From: an uncultured delta proteobacterium
Lineage (GTDB): Bacteria > Desulfobacterota > Binatia > UBA9968
Direction: 5' to 3'
Length of the DNA stretch: 64,000 bases
NCBI GenBank assembly: GCA_963771465.1
Contig: CAVYTU010000015.1
Coordinates: 448,001-512,000 of the forward strand
Below, piece by piece: positions 49,219 to 58,863 of this stretch (the first letter of the stretch is position 1; each line of letters begins with the position of its first letter). The notes beneath the pieces were generated by a model. It was not told where the DNA came from and did not search any database. It saw only the letters and a program-made list of their open reading frames with translations. The position numbers were made by a program, and so were the translations under genes.

Positions 49219-49380
49219 ATGAAGCTGGTATTGCCTTGATACTCCTAGGCATCGTCGGTCGACATCGGTCCAATCCAGGCGACTGCCGAAAGAGAAAAAT
49301 CGATTCCACTGCCGCCCCTGTTGGGCGGACTTGTTTTGGTCGCCGGGATCGGCCTGGTGGCCGTCGGTTACAAGAAATAG
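49219..49380 (+). pseudogene. DUF3185-like small membrane protein remnant
   Basis: In-frame stops after MKLVLP, then VDIGPIQATAEREKSIPLPPLLGGLVLVAGIGLVAVGYKK*. Confidence 0.6.
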
Positions 49381-49468
49381 CGCTGGCGGCAAATAAAAAT
49401 TGACACTAGACCAGAATTCGTGCACCAATAAAGAAATCTTTGAACCTCAGCGCGATTGATGTCGGCCC

Positions 49469-49831
49469 ATGCAGAGATCCGTATTGATCGTTGACGATGA
49501 AACGAATTTGTTGGTACTTCTCGACTCCGTCCTATCTAAAGAAGGATTCCAGGTAAGTACGGCAAGCAACGCCTACGAGGCGCTCGAAATATTCGATCAC
49601 GGACGCTTCAATATTGCGATACTCGACATAAAGATGTTTCCCGTTGGCGGCGTTGTCCTCCTCGCCGAAATCAAAAAAAGATCGCCGTCGACTCAGGTCG
49701 TAATGATTACGGCTTATCCCACGGCCGACACTCGTAATGAATGTCTGCGCTTTGGCGCCGCCGACTATCTTACCAAGCCACTCGATATCCAAACACTCAC
49801 GACCGTCGTTCGAAACCTGGTGGAACTTTGA
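49469..49831 (+). CDS. Single-domain response regulator
   Basis: VLIVDDE, LDIKM, ITAYPT, TKP. Confidence 0.9.
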   Translation: MQRSVLIVDDETNLLVLLDSVLSKEGFQVSTASNAYEALEIFDHGRFNIAILDIKMFPVGGVVLLAEIKKRSPSTQVVMITAYPTADTRNECLRFGAADYLTKPLDIQTLTTVVRNLVEL

Positions 49832-50004
49832 GTTTATCTCAGCATCGGCAGAAGAACTGATTCTGTGCCGAACCGAGGCGCGAAGGGGACCTCTGGCCGA
49901 GTGACGACACTCAACACTGCGGCTGCAAAATCAATTTAATTGGTGGGTAACCAGTCGGCAACGGGATAGCTCTCGATATCGGGCCACCTCCGTGCTGAGT
50001 TGGC

Positions 50005-51414
50005 TTAGTCGGATTTCTTATAGTCCGCCAATTTGATTTCATGCTTTTTTAGCAAGTCATAGAAATCGGCGCGATATTTCCCGGCGATCTCGGCGGCTTT
50101 AGACGCTTTACCGTTGCAGATCTCCATGAGCCGCATGAGATAAGCCTTTTCAAAATCGGTCCTCGCCTCTTTGAGCGATTTGAGTGCACCCAGCACCGGC
50201 ATCGCCTGGGATTGCGGCGTAGCTTCTACGGCCGCCGTAGCCACGTGACCGGCCGTTGGCAGCACCAGATCGTCGGTGATCACGTTCTGCGGCGCCATGG
50301 TCACGGCGTATTCCAGAGTATTCTCCAATTCCCGTACGTTTCCCGGCCAATCATGCTGCATCAGCTTCTGCATCGCTTGAGGTGTTAGCCCGGTGACATC
50401 CTTCTTCAATTGTTGGCAAATCTTCTTGAGCAAATGATCGACGAGATGCGGGACATCTTCCGGTCGCTCTTTCAGCGGCGGTAGGATTAAGGGAATGACA
50501 TGAATTCGGTAGAAGAGATCTTCGCGGAATGTTCCCTTTTTCACTTCCTCAATCAAGTCTTTCTTGGTCGCAACAATCACCCGAACATCGACTTGGACGG
50601 GTTTTTCGCTCCCGACGGGATAGAATTGACGTTCTTCTAGTGCTCGCAAGAGTTTTACCTGGATGGAAAGAGGCATGTCGCCAATCTCATCGAGAAAGAG
50701 CGTGCCTTCGTGAGCCTGAGTAAATAACCCCTTGGTGCTGCGCACGGCGCCGGTAAAGGCACCTTTCTCATGTCCGAAAAGTTCGCTTTCGAGTAAGGTT
50801 TCCGGAATAGCGGCGCAATTGATCGCGACGAGTGGCTGATCCTTACGCTCACTGGCGAGATGAATCGCCTTGGCGATCAATTCCTTGCCTGTGCCGCTTT
50901 CACCGTGAATGTAAACTGTTGAGTCAGCTTTGGCGATTAACGAAACCGCTTCGAGCACTCTCTGCATCTTATCGCTCTTGGCGACGATGTTGGCGAAATC
51001 ATACTTTTCTTTCAATAGGCCTTTGAGCCGGATGTTTTCGGTCGTGAGTTTACGGCTTTCCAGAGCTCGCTCGATCTGCAGGAGCAGCTCGCGCGGATCG
51101 AACGGTTTCGTAAGATACGTGTAAGCGCCTCGCTTCATCGCCTCGACGGCACTCTCGACACTTGCGTGGCCGGTGAGAATAATAACCGGCATCGCGGGAT
51201 TCATGGCGTGCAAGCGCTCCATGAGCGTCATTCCGTCTTGGTCCGCGAGACGTAAGTCAACGATGGATAAGTCGAAACTTTCGCTCTTGGTGGCGTTCAA
51301 CGCCTCCTCAGCATCGACGGCCACGGTCACCTCGTAATTGGCGCCGTTGAGTCGGCTCCTCGCCAATTCGAGCAGATTCTGGTCGTCGTCGACCACCAAA
51401 AGTTTTGCTGCCAT
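50005..51414 (-). CDS. Sigma54-dependent NtrC-family response regulator (GlrR-like C-terminus)
   Basis: REC domain; GESGTGKE; ESELFGHEKGAFTGA; WPGNVRELEN; HTH 'AAEIAGKYRADFYDLLKKH'. Confidence 0.95.
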   Translation of the reverse strand: MAAKLLVVDDDQNLLELARSRLNGANYEVTVAVDAEEALNATKSESFDLSIVDLRLADQDGMTLMERLHAMNPAMPVIILTGHASVESAVEAMKRGAYTYLTKPFDPRELLLQIERALESRKLTTENIRLKGLLKEKYDFANIVAKSDKMQRVLEAVSLIAKADSTVYIHGESGTGKELIAKAIHLASERKDQPLVAINCAAIPETLLESELFGHEKGAFTGAVRSTKGLFTQAHEGTLFLDEIGDMPLSIQVKLLRALEERQFYPVGSEKPVQVDVRVIVATKKDLIEEVKKGTFREDLFYRIHVIPLILPPLKERPEDVPHLVDHLLKKICQQLKKDVTGLTPQAMQKLMQHDWPGNVRELENTLEYAVTMAPQNVITDDLVLPTAGHVATAAVEATPQSQAMPVLGALKSLKEARTDFEKAYLMRLMEICNGKASKAAEIAGKYRADFYDLLKKHEIKLADYKKSD

Positions 51415-51569
51415 GATTTTTCTCACGTCATTGGTCTTATTTGTTTCCGGGTCCGAGCACAAGCGCCGTAAGAGCCCAAAAAGGCTGGCAATCGCTCATC
51501 ACCTATGACGGCTTACCACTCGGCTATCGTGATACCGTCCTGCAACGATTCAAAACTGATCAGCATTGA

Positions 51570-51794
51570 TCAGTAAATAATCGAACCGGACTCGATCTGA
51601 CTTTTGCGGGATTCATATTCCCGCCGTGAAATTCTTTCGCTCCGATAATCATCTTCCAGTCTATCCATCTGGCGTTTGGCGTTGAATTCATAGCCCGCGC
51701 CGGTCGCGAGCGCGCCGGTCGCCGCCCCGCCGATAAACGCGCATCCCCATTGGCTTACAATGGTCAATAACAACAGTGCTAAATATTTCTTCAT
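51570..51794 (-). CDS. Small lipoprotein with glycine-zipper and SHOCT-like tail
   Basis: Lipobox-like QWGC; GGAATGALATGAG; 'ISRREYESRKSQI'. Confidence 0.78.
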   Translation of the reverse strand: MKKYLALLLLTIVSQWGCAFIGGAATGALATGAGYEFNAKRQMDRLEDDYRSERISRREYESRKSQIESGSIIY

Positions 51795-51836
51795 GGGCGT
51801 TTCCCTTTATTTTATTACCCACGTTCGTATCTATCT

Positions 51837-51852
51837 AACAAGTCGCATGCCA
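51837..51852 (-). promoter_or_regulatory. Sigma54-like promoter (-12 GT variant)
   Basis: TGGCATGCGACTTGTT upstream of the 51794 lipoprotein. Confidence 0.55.
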
Positions 51853-52198
51853 GAGCCAGTGCACGATCTAATTCACTAATTTTGCACAAATATTGCTTCA
51901 AGACCTTCAAGGTGACAAAATCCACATTGCAGGATTTTCGCCAATATGTAGGATTTTCACTATCAACTAGCGGGACATCGACTCAGAGATCATGCTAAAT
52001 GGATCTTAACCAGGCAAATTTGCTCCGGTGCTAAAGCTGATCTTGCATTTGCCTTCGCTGATGTAAGACAGAAATGCATTTGGCACGGCAATCGAATTGC
52101 GAACAATAAAAGGTGTGGCCAGAAGCACACGATTTGCACCAATCGCCAGCGCGAGCTTAACGTCCGAAAAGCCATACATGCCTTAGGGGAATTTCAAA

Positions 52199-53377
52199 AC
52201 GTTCACACCATTTTTCCATATCGGCATCGCCGACGTCATCGATATCCTCGTGGTGGCGGTTTTGCTCTACACCGCGATTGCGTTTCTCAAGCAGACCCGC
52301 GCAGCGTTCATCATTCGCGGCATTTTTATTCTCGCCGCGATTTATATTCTCGCCCGTTATCTCGACCTGCAGCTTACGGCGTGGCTATTTCAAGGATTTT
52401 TCGCGATTTTTCTAATCATCATCGTAGTTATTTTCCAGGAGGAACTTCGCCAGATATTCGAACGCATCGCGGTTTGGAGTCTAACCAGCGATGACCCGTC
52501 CTTGCGCTCCGACGCTGCCGATATTTTGATCGGCACCGTTGCCGATCTGGCCAAGGACAAGATCGGCGCTTTGATCGTCATTGAAGGCAAAGATCCCATC
52601 GCTCGCCACATCATGGGCGGCATCGAACTGGAAGGAAAGATCAGCGAACCGCTTTTAAAAAGCATCTTTGATCCTCATTCGCCGGGCCACGATGGCGCAG
52701 TCATTATCAAAAAAGATCAGATCGCCCGTTTCGCCGCGCACTTGCCCCTGTCAAAGGATTTCCGCCAACTCGCCCGTGTCGGTACCCGTCACGGGGCCGC
52801 CCTTGGCTTGGCGGAATTGAGCGACGCCCTGTGCATCGTTGTTTCGGAAGAGCGCGGTAAAATTTCCGTGGCCCGCGACGGCCGCCTTCGTCAAGTGGAC
52901 AATACACAGGAGTTGGGTTCGATCCTGCAGCGATTCTTGGGCGACAAATATCCATCGGCGGAACATCGTGGATTTTCTTTTTCGCTGGTGCGCGAGAACT
53001 GGCTAGTAAAACTCGTAACACTCTCACTTGCGCTGGGGCTTTGGTACGTCTTGGTGCCAGGGTCTAGTACCATCGAAACTACCTACAAACTTCCCGTGCA
53101 GGTGGAGAATTTGCCGGCAGAGTTGCGCGTCGAGGAGCTTCAACCCAAGGAGGTCAGCGCCACTTTTACCGGGCCAAAGCGAACGTTTTACTTTTTCGAC
53201 GCGGGCCGGCTCAAGGTCACCGTCGACTTATCCAGCGCCGAACCCGGTCACAAGACCCTGCGGCTTTCCGAACTAAACATTCGTCATCCACAAAATCTCA
53301 CCCTACAACAGCTCAACCCGGTCACGGTGAGAATCTCGATCGTAAAGGCGTTGCGCGACGAGAAAGAAAAAGGTTAA
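52199..53377 (+). CDS. Membrane diadenylate cyclase (CdaA/DisA_N) fused to a YbbR-like domain; start uncertain
   Basis: 'DVIDILVVAVLLY', 'IFQEELR', 'IGALIV', 'HDGAV', 'GTRHGAALGL', 'VVSEERG'; C-terminal TM plus YbbR-like 'PVQVENLP...V.F.G'. Confidence 0.9.
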   Translation, partial: TFTPFFHIGIADVIDILVVAVLLYTAIAFLKQTRAAFIIRGIFILAAIYILARYLDLQLTAWLFQGFFAIFLIIIVVIFQEELRQIFERIAVWSLTSDDPSLRSDAADILIGTVADLAKDKIGALIVIEGKDPIARHIMGGIELEGKISEPLLKSIFDPHSPGHDGAVIIKKDQIARFAAHLPLSKDFRQLARVGTRHGAALGLAELSDALCIVVSEERGKISVARDGRLRQVDNTQELGSILQRFLGDKYPSAEHRGFSFSLVRENWLVKLVTLSLALGLWYVLVPGSSTIETTYKLPVQVENLPAELRVEELQPKEVSATFTGPKRTFYFFDAGRLKVTVDLSSAEPGHKTLRLSELNIRHPQNLTLQQLNPVTVRISIVKALRDEKEKG

Positions 53378-53510
53378 ACCCCGGAGATCCCGAAGGATCG
53401 CGGCTTGCTCTCTGATTCAATTTCACAGACGGAATCCCGGCTTAAAGAAGCCTGCTTTTGCGGCGAACATCGAGCGCGCTTCACCGTGTGCATTAGAGCG
53501 CACGGCGCAA

Positions 53511-56500
53511 TCAGGGTGACGATTGGAGAATCTCCAGCACCCCTGTAATTGGCACATCTACCCAATCGGGTCGATTGTTGAGCTCATAGCTCAACTCGTA
53601 AATCGCCTTCTGCAGGGTACACAGGTCGAGCAAGGTCTTAACCTCGTCCATGGAAGCTGGCAGGAACCCTCCGCCATTGACCGATTTCACATAGCTTTCG
53701 AGAAACATGGTCGACACCCAAGTGACCCACAATTGCGCCCACGGCGCCAAACGCGGCTGATCCTCCGAACGGAATTCGCCGGTCTTTAGCCCGTAGGTTG
53801 CAGCATAATCGATCGACCGCAGCATTGCCGCGACGTCCACCAATGCCGAGCGTTTGCCGCGCCTTTCGGCAAGCGGCCGCGCCGGCTCTCCCTCGAAGTC
53901 GATGACGACAAAATCTTTGCCGGTAAAAAGCAACTGGCCGAGATGATAATCGCCATGGCAACGTATGCGCATGGCCGTGATCTTTCTGTCCACCGCCAGG
54001 CGAAACCGCTCGAGAATGACGTGTTTCAAAGGTAAAAGAATTTGCGCTTTTGCGCGCACGTCTTCGGGCAAGGCGGCGAGGCGTTCGCCGAGCAGCGTCA
54101 GGGCGCGATCCGTTGCGGTGCGCAAACTTTGATAAAGCGACCGGCGGTAGAACTGCGTAAACGGCTCAGGGGCGAAATCAGGATCTTGGTGGTCCGAGGC
54201 GAGCGCCATATGTAACTCGCCGGTGCGCTGACCTAAAAGACTCGCCGACGTGAGAAAGGGGCCGATCATTTCTCGGGGCAGGGCCGGGACTTCTTGACTT
54301 AGATTATCCAGAATATGGCCGGCCGGCCAGCTCAGGTCGTCGGGTTTGACGCTGCTCGCCACGCAGGCTTCAAAATAATCGGTGAGATGGTCGAGCGTAT
54401 AGCTCCACGCGTCACCTTCGTTGCTCACCCAGGCTTGTAAGATCCCGACAGTCGCGATTGCGTTGGTACTTTTGCGATACTCCAGACTTCCGGCCAGAGG
54501 AGGAGTATGCTCATAGGTGGTTTTGTCGGTGATAAAGCGGCCGATTTCAAGATCGGGATTGACCCCTTCGTGCAATCGCCGAAAGATTTTCAAGATGAAA
54601 CGGTCGCCGTATGTAATCGAAGTATTGCTCTGCTCTTTTTTCGCCAGCGTAGGTTCCAAGGTCGCATCCGAAGGCCCCCTAAGACTACGAAAATGTTTCG
54701 ATGGAACCGCGGATATCTCCGACGTCTGACCGCGAAAAATGCGCCGCCGAGTCACCGCGTCGAGCAGGGCATCGAGAAACAGGCGATCAAACACGGCATC
54801 GTAAAGTATTCCATCAGTGCCCCTACCCGACCCTGTCGACTTCGCTTTGAACTGCGCGACGACCGCCTCGGGATGAAACTGGCAGAGCTCGGCGGCGCGA
54901 TCACCGGCAGCGAATGCCATGGGTAAAAGATAGGTTTCAGGATCGCCTTCGCCGTAGGCAAGCTCCACGGCAACAAAGTAATCCCGGGTGGAATCGACCG
55001 GCATGGCGATGGCATCGATGATCTTGACCGAGCGAATCTTGCGCGCCTTGCCGCCAAACCACCGGCGGTTTTGCAGATAGCGCGGCAATATTTTTTCCAG
55101 CGCCGCCTTGGCGCTACCGATGATCACCTGATCCCATGCGCCGGCGATCTCAATGACCGGCGCCTGGACATCCTCTGCGGCCCGCAACTCCGCCTGCGCC
55201 GTCTCGAGCTTGAACCAATAGAAACCATGAGGACCCAGGGTAACAAAATAAGGCAAATCGCCGATCGGCGGAAACTCGGTTTGGCCAAAAAGCTCCACCG
55301 GAACTTTCCCTTTAAATGCCGAAAGATCGATCTCCACGCACTGTACGAAGCGCGACAGATTCGCCACGGTCAGAATAACCTCGGCTTCCAGGCGACGGAT
55401 GAAAACCAGGACGCGGCGATTGTTGGGATAAAGAAATTCCGTGCTGCCGTGGCCGAAAGCGCGAAAGCGTCGACGCAACGTGATCAAGCGTTTCGTCCAC
55501 CACAGGATCGAACTCAAGTTTTGCTGCTGCGCCTCGACGTTGACCGCCTCGTAATGGTTTTCCGGGTCGAAAATGATCGGCAAATAAAGCCGCTGTGGAT
55601 TCGCTTGGGAGAAACCCGCGTTGCGGTCCGCGCTCCATTGCATAGGCGTGCGCACGCCGTTGCGATCACCGAGGTAGATGTTGTCACCCATGCCGATTTC
55701 GTCGCCATAGTAGAGCACCGGCGTACCCGGCAGTGAGAAAAGCAAAGCGTTGAGCAACTCGATCTTGCGCCGATTGTTGCCCAGCAGCGGCGCCAAACGG
55801 CGGCGAATGCCGAGATTGAGCCGCGCCTTGGGATCATTGGCGTAGACTTTGTACATATAGTCGCGGTCTTCATCGGTCACCATTTCAAGAGTCAGCTCGT
55901 CATGGTTGCGCAAAAAAAGCGTCCACTGACTGTTATCCGGAATCGCCGGCGTCTGATCGAGGATATCGATGATCGGAAAACGGTCTTCCATGTGCACGGC
56001 CATAAAAATCCGCGGCATCACAGGGAAGTGAAAAGCCATATGGCACTCATCGCCGTCGCCGAAGTAGGTTACCGCCTCTTCGGGCCACTGGTTCGCTTCG
56101 GCGAGTAACATGCGATCGTTGAATCTTTGATCGACGTGGTGACGCAGCTCTTTTAAGAACTGATGAGTTTCCGGCAGATTTTCGCAGTTCGTGCCCTCAC
56201 GCTCGAACAGGTAGGGCACGGCGTCCAAGCGCAGACCATCGACGCCCATGCGTAGCCAAAAATCGACGACATCGAAAAATGCTTGCTTGAGCTCGGGATT
56301 GTCGAAGTTCAGATCCGGCTGGTGCGAATAAAAGCGATGCCAGTAATAGGCCTTGGCCACCGGGTCCCAGGCCCAATTGGAAGTCTCAAAGTCTTTAAAG
56401 ATGATGCGCGCTTCCTGATAGCGATCTTGAGTGTCGCTCCAGACGTAGAAGTCGCGATCTTTGCTGCCTGGGGCGGCGCGCCGGGCGCGCTTAAACCAAG

Positions 56501-56846
56501 GGTGCTGATCGGAGGTGTGATTGAGCACTAACTCGGTAATCACCCGCAGCCCGCGCCGGTGCGCTTCGCGCAAGAAGAGTTTGAAATCTCTCAGGGTACC
56601 GTAATCCGGATGGATCTCCGTGTAGCTCGCGATATCGTAGCCGTCGTCCCGCAGCGGCGAAGGGTAAAACGGCAGAAGCCAGAGCGCGGTGACGCCGAGG
56701 TCGCTGAGATAGTCGAGCTTTCCGGTCAAGCCGTTGAAATCTCCGATGCCGTCGGCGTTGCCGTCGGCAAAGGCGCGCACGTGCAGCTCATAAATCACCG
56801 CGTCCTTGTACCAAAGCGTGTTATCGCTCAATGGTGTGGTGGCCAT
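53511..56846 (-). CDS. treS: Trehalose synthase fused to maltokinase (TreS-Mak/Pep2)
   Basis: [37 protein letters not shown]; kinase part [27 protein letters not shown]. Confidence 0.96.
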   Translation of the reverse strand: MATTPLSDNTLWYKDAVIYELHVRAFADGNADGIGDFNGLTGKLDYLSDLGVTALWLLPFYPSPLRDDGYDIASYTEIHPDYGTLRDFKLFLREAHRRGLRVITELVLNHTSDQHPWFKRARRAAPGSKDRDFYVWSDTQDRYQEARIIFKDFETSNWAWDPVAKAYYWHRFYSHQPDLNFDNPELKQAFFDVVDFWLRMGVDGLRLDAVPYLFEREGTNCENLPETHQFLKELRHHVDQRFNDRMLLAEANQWPEEAVTYFGDGDECHMAFHFPVMPRIFMAVHMEDRFPIIDILDQTPAIPDNSQWTLFLRNHDELTLEMVTDEDRDYMYKVYANDPKARLNLGIRRRLAPLLGNNRRKIELLNALLFSLPGTPVLYYGDEIGMGDNIYLGDRNGVRTPMQWSADRNAGFSQANPQRLYLPIIFDPENHYEAVNVEAQQQNLSSILWWTKRLITLRRRFRAFGHGSTEFLYPNNRRVLVFIRRLEAEVILTVANLSRFVQCVEIDLSAFKGKVPVELFGQTEFPPIGDLPYFVTLGPHGFYWFKLETAQAELRAAEDVQAPVIEIAGAWDQVIIGSAKAALEKILPRYLQNRRWFGGKARKIRSVKIIDAIAMPVDSTRDYFVAVELAYGEGDPETYLLPMAFAAGDRAAELCQFHPEAVVAQFKAKSTGSGRGTDGILYDAVFDRLFLDALLDAVTRRRIFRGQTSEISAVPSKHFRSLRGPSDATLEPTLAKKEQSNTSITYGDRFILKIFRRLHEGVNPDLEIGRFITDKTTYEHTPPLAGSLEYRKSTNAIATVGILQAWVSNEGDAWSYTLDHLTDYFEACVASSVKPDDLSWPAGHILDNLSQEVPALPREMIGPFLTSASLLGQRTGELHMALASDHQDPDFAPEPFTQFYRRSLYQSLRTATDRALTLLGERLAALPEDVRAKAQILLPLKHVILERFRLAVDRKITAMRIRCHGDYHLGQLLFTGKDFVVIDFEGEPARPLAERRGKRSALVDVAAMLRSIDYAATYGLKTGEFRSEDQPRLAPWAQLWVTWVSTMFLESYVKSVNGGGFLPASMDEVKTLLDLCTLQKAIYELSYELNNRPDWVDVPITGVLEILQSSP

Positions 56847-56870
56847 GTTTGCTTTCTCCGCACGCAATTT

Positions 56871-58863
56871 CTAGCTGAAATAATCGAAGTCCTGCTCGCG
56901 CCGCACGCGCCAGCGGAGCCGAAACACATGCGCGGGAGCACTGCGCGGATCGAGCTCGACGTAATTTTTCCCGGCTTGCCAGAGGAAACGCGCGCCGGTT
57001 AGCAGATCATGCGCCTGATAGGACGGCTGGACGTCGAATCCCAAAGTCTTGAGATCGAGGGAGAGCCAAGCGGATTGAACGTGATGCGGATCGAGATTGA
57101 CCACGACCACGACGACGTTGGCGCGGTCGGCGCTTTGTTTTGAGTAGCAAATGATCTGATCGTTGTCGGTGTTGTGAAAGCGTAGGCTAGAATCGTTCTG
57201 CAGCGCGGCATTCTCCCGGCGAATCCGGTTCACCCGGGCGATGAATTCTTTTAAGCTGTCGGGCGCGGTCAGTGTGCCAATGTTTGATCTGGTATTTTTC
57301 CGAATTGAGATATTCTTCGCTGCCGGGCTCGCGCGCTTGGTTGTCACAGAGCTCGAAAGCCGGACCGTAAATTCCATAGTTGGCGCCCAGCGTTGCCGCC
57401 AGAACCAATCGCGTCATGAACGCCGGCCGGCCGCCGAACTGTAAATACTCGGTCAAGATATCCGGCGTGTTCGGCCATAGGTTCGGACGAAAATATTCGT
57501 GCACTTCGGTTTCAGTGAGTTCGCGGAAGTACTCGGTCAGCTCCTGTTTGGTGTTGCGCCAAGCGAAATAACTATAAGATTGGCTGAAGCCCAGCTTGGC
57601 CAGACGGTACATGACCTTCGGGCGGGTAAACGCCTCGGCGAGAAAAATCGTCTCGGCATGATCTTTTTTTACTTCGGCGATCAGCCACTGCCAAAACGGC
57701 AGCGGCTTGGTGTGCGGATTGTCGACGCGAAAAATCCGCACACCTTGGTCGATCCAGTAATCCACCACGCTCTTTAGCTCGCGCCATAATTCGCGCCATT
57801 CGTTGGTGTCGAAATCGAGTGGATAGATGTCTTGATATTTCTTCGGCGGATTTTCGGCATACTGGATGGACCCATCCGGCCGATGGCGGAACCAGTCGGG
57901 ATGTTGCGTAACGTAGGGGTGGTCTGGACTACACTGAAAGGCGATATCCAAAGCGATCTCGATGCCGTATTCCTTCGCCTTCATGACCAGCCGGCGAAAA
58001 TCATCGAGGCTGCCGAGCTCGGGATGAATCGCCTTGTGACCGCCCTCCGCCGCGCCAATCCCCCACGGACTGCCGGGATCGTCGGCTTCGGCGGCGCCAG
58101 TGTTGTTCTTTCCTTTGCGCTGGGCGCGCCCGATGGGATGGATCGGCGGCAAATAAAGTGTATCGAAGCCCATCGCCGCGATGTGCGGCAAGCAACGTTC
58201 GCAATCTCTAAAACTGCCGTGGCGTCCCGGTTCTGCTGCACACGAGCGGGGAAATATTTCGTACCACGAGCTAAAACGAGCCTTGTCACGCTCGACAACG
58301 ACGGCCAGTTCGTTGGCGTATCGGGTGGCGAAACTTGTGTCGGGATATTTTTCCAACAGCGCGGCCAATTCACTGTCGAGGGCATAGCCGATTCTATCCG
58401 CCAGGCTGTGATTTTTTGCCTGCAACTTGCGCGCCCAAGCTCTGAGTTCTTTGGCATCCGCGTCTGCGGCACGCTGGTTTGCCGCTTCGATCAGGAGAGC
58501 GCCCGCCGCCATATCCAATTCAGTGTGTTGCGCCGCCTCGACTTTCTTCAGCAGGTCGCGGCGCCAAGATTTGAAACGGTCGACGTAGGCGGCGAGCGTA
58601 TAAAAATAGCGGCCGATCTCGGTGACGACAAACGCGCCATGCCAGCGATCGTTAACGCTAAGTTCCATCGCTGTTTGACGCCATTGTTTTTCTTGCTCGT
58701 AGCGAAACATCAGCACGCAAGAAATGGCCTCGTGGCCGTCGCCGAAAACATCGGCCTCGACCCGCACCGCTTCGCCGGGGATGCGCTTGATTGGAAAAAG
58801 TCCACCGTCGATTTCCGGCTCGACGCTTTCGATGACGACGCGGCATCTTTCTTCATCGAGCAT
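56871..58863 (-). CDS. glgE: Alpha-1,4-glucan:maltose-1-phosphate maltosyltransferase (frameshift near 57265)
   Basis: WYEIFPRS, YLPPIHPIG, YAENPPKKYQDI, FRVDNPHTKP, AEAFTRP, NTPDIL, EEYLNSEKY. Confidence 0.95.

Noticed and set aside
52184-52186. Pyrrolysine/amber readthrough in the diadenylate cyclase
   Set aside because: No pyl genes in view; a start at 52199 or a base error is simpler
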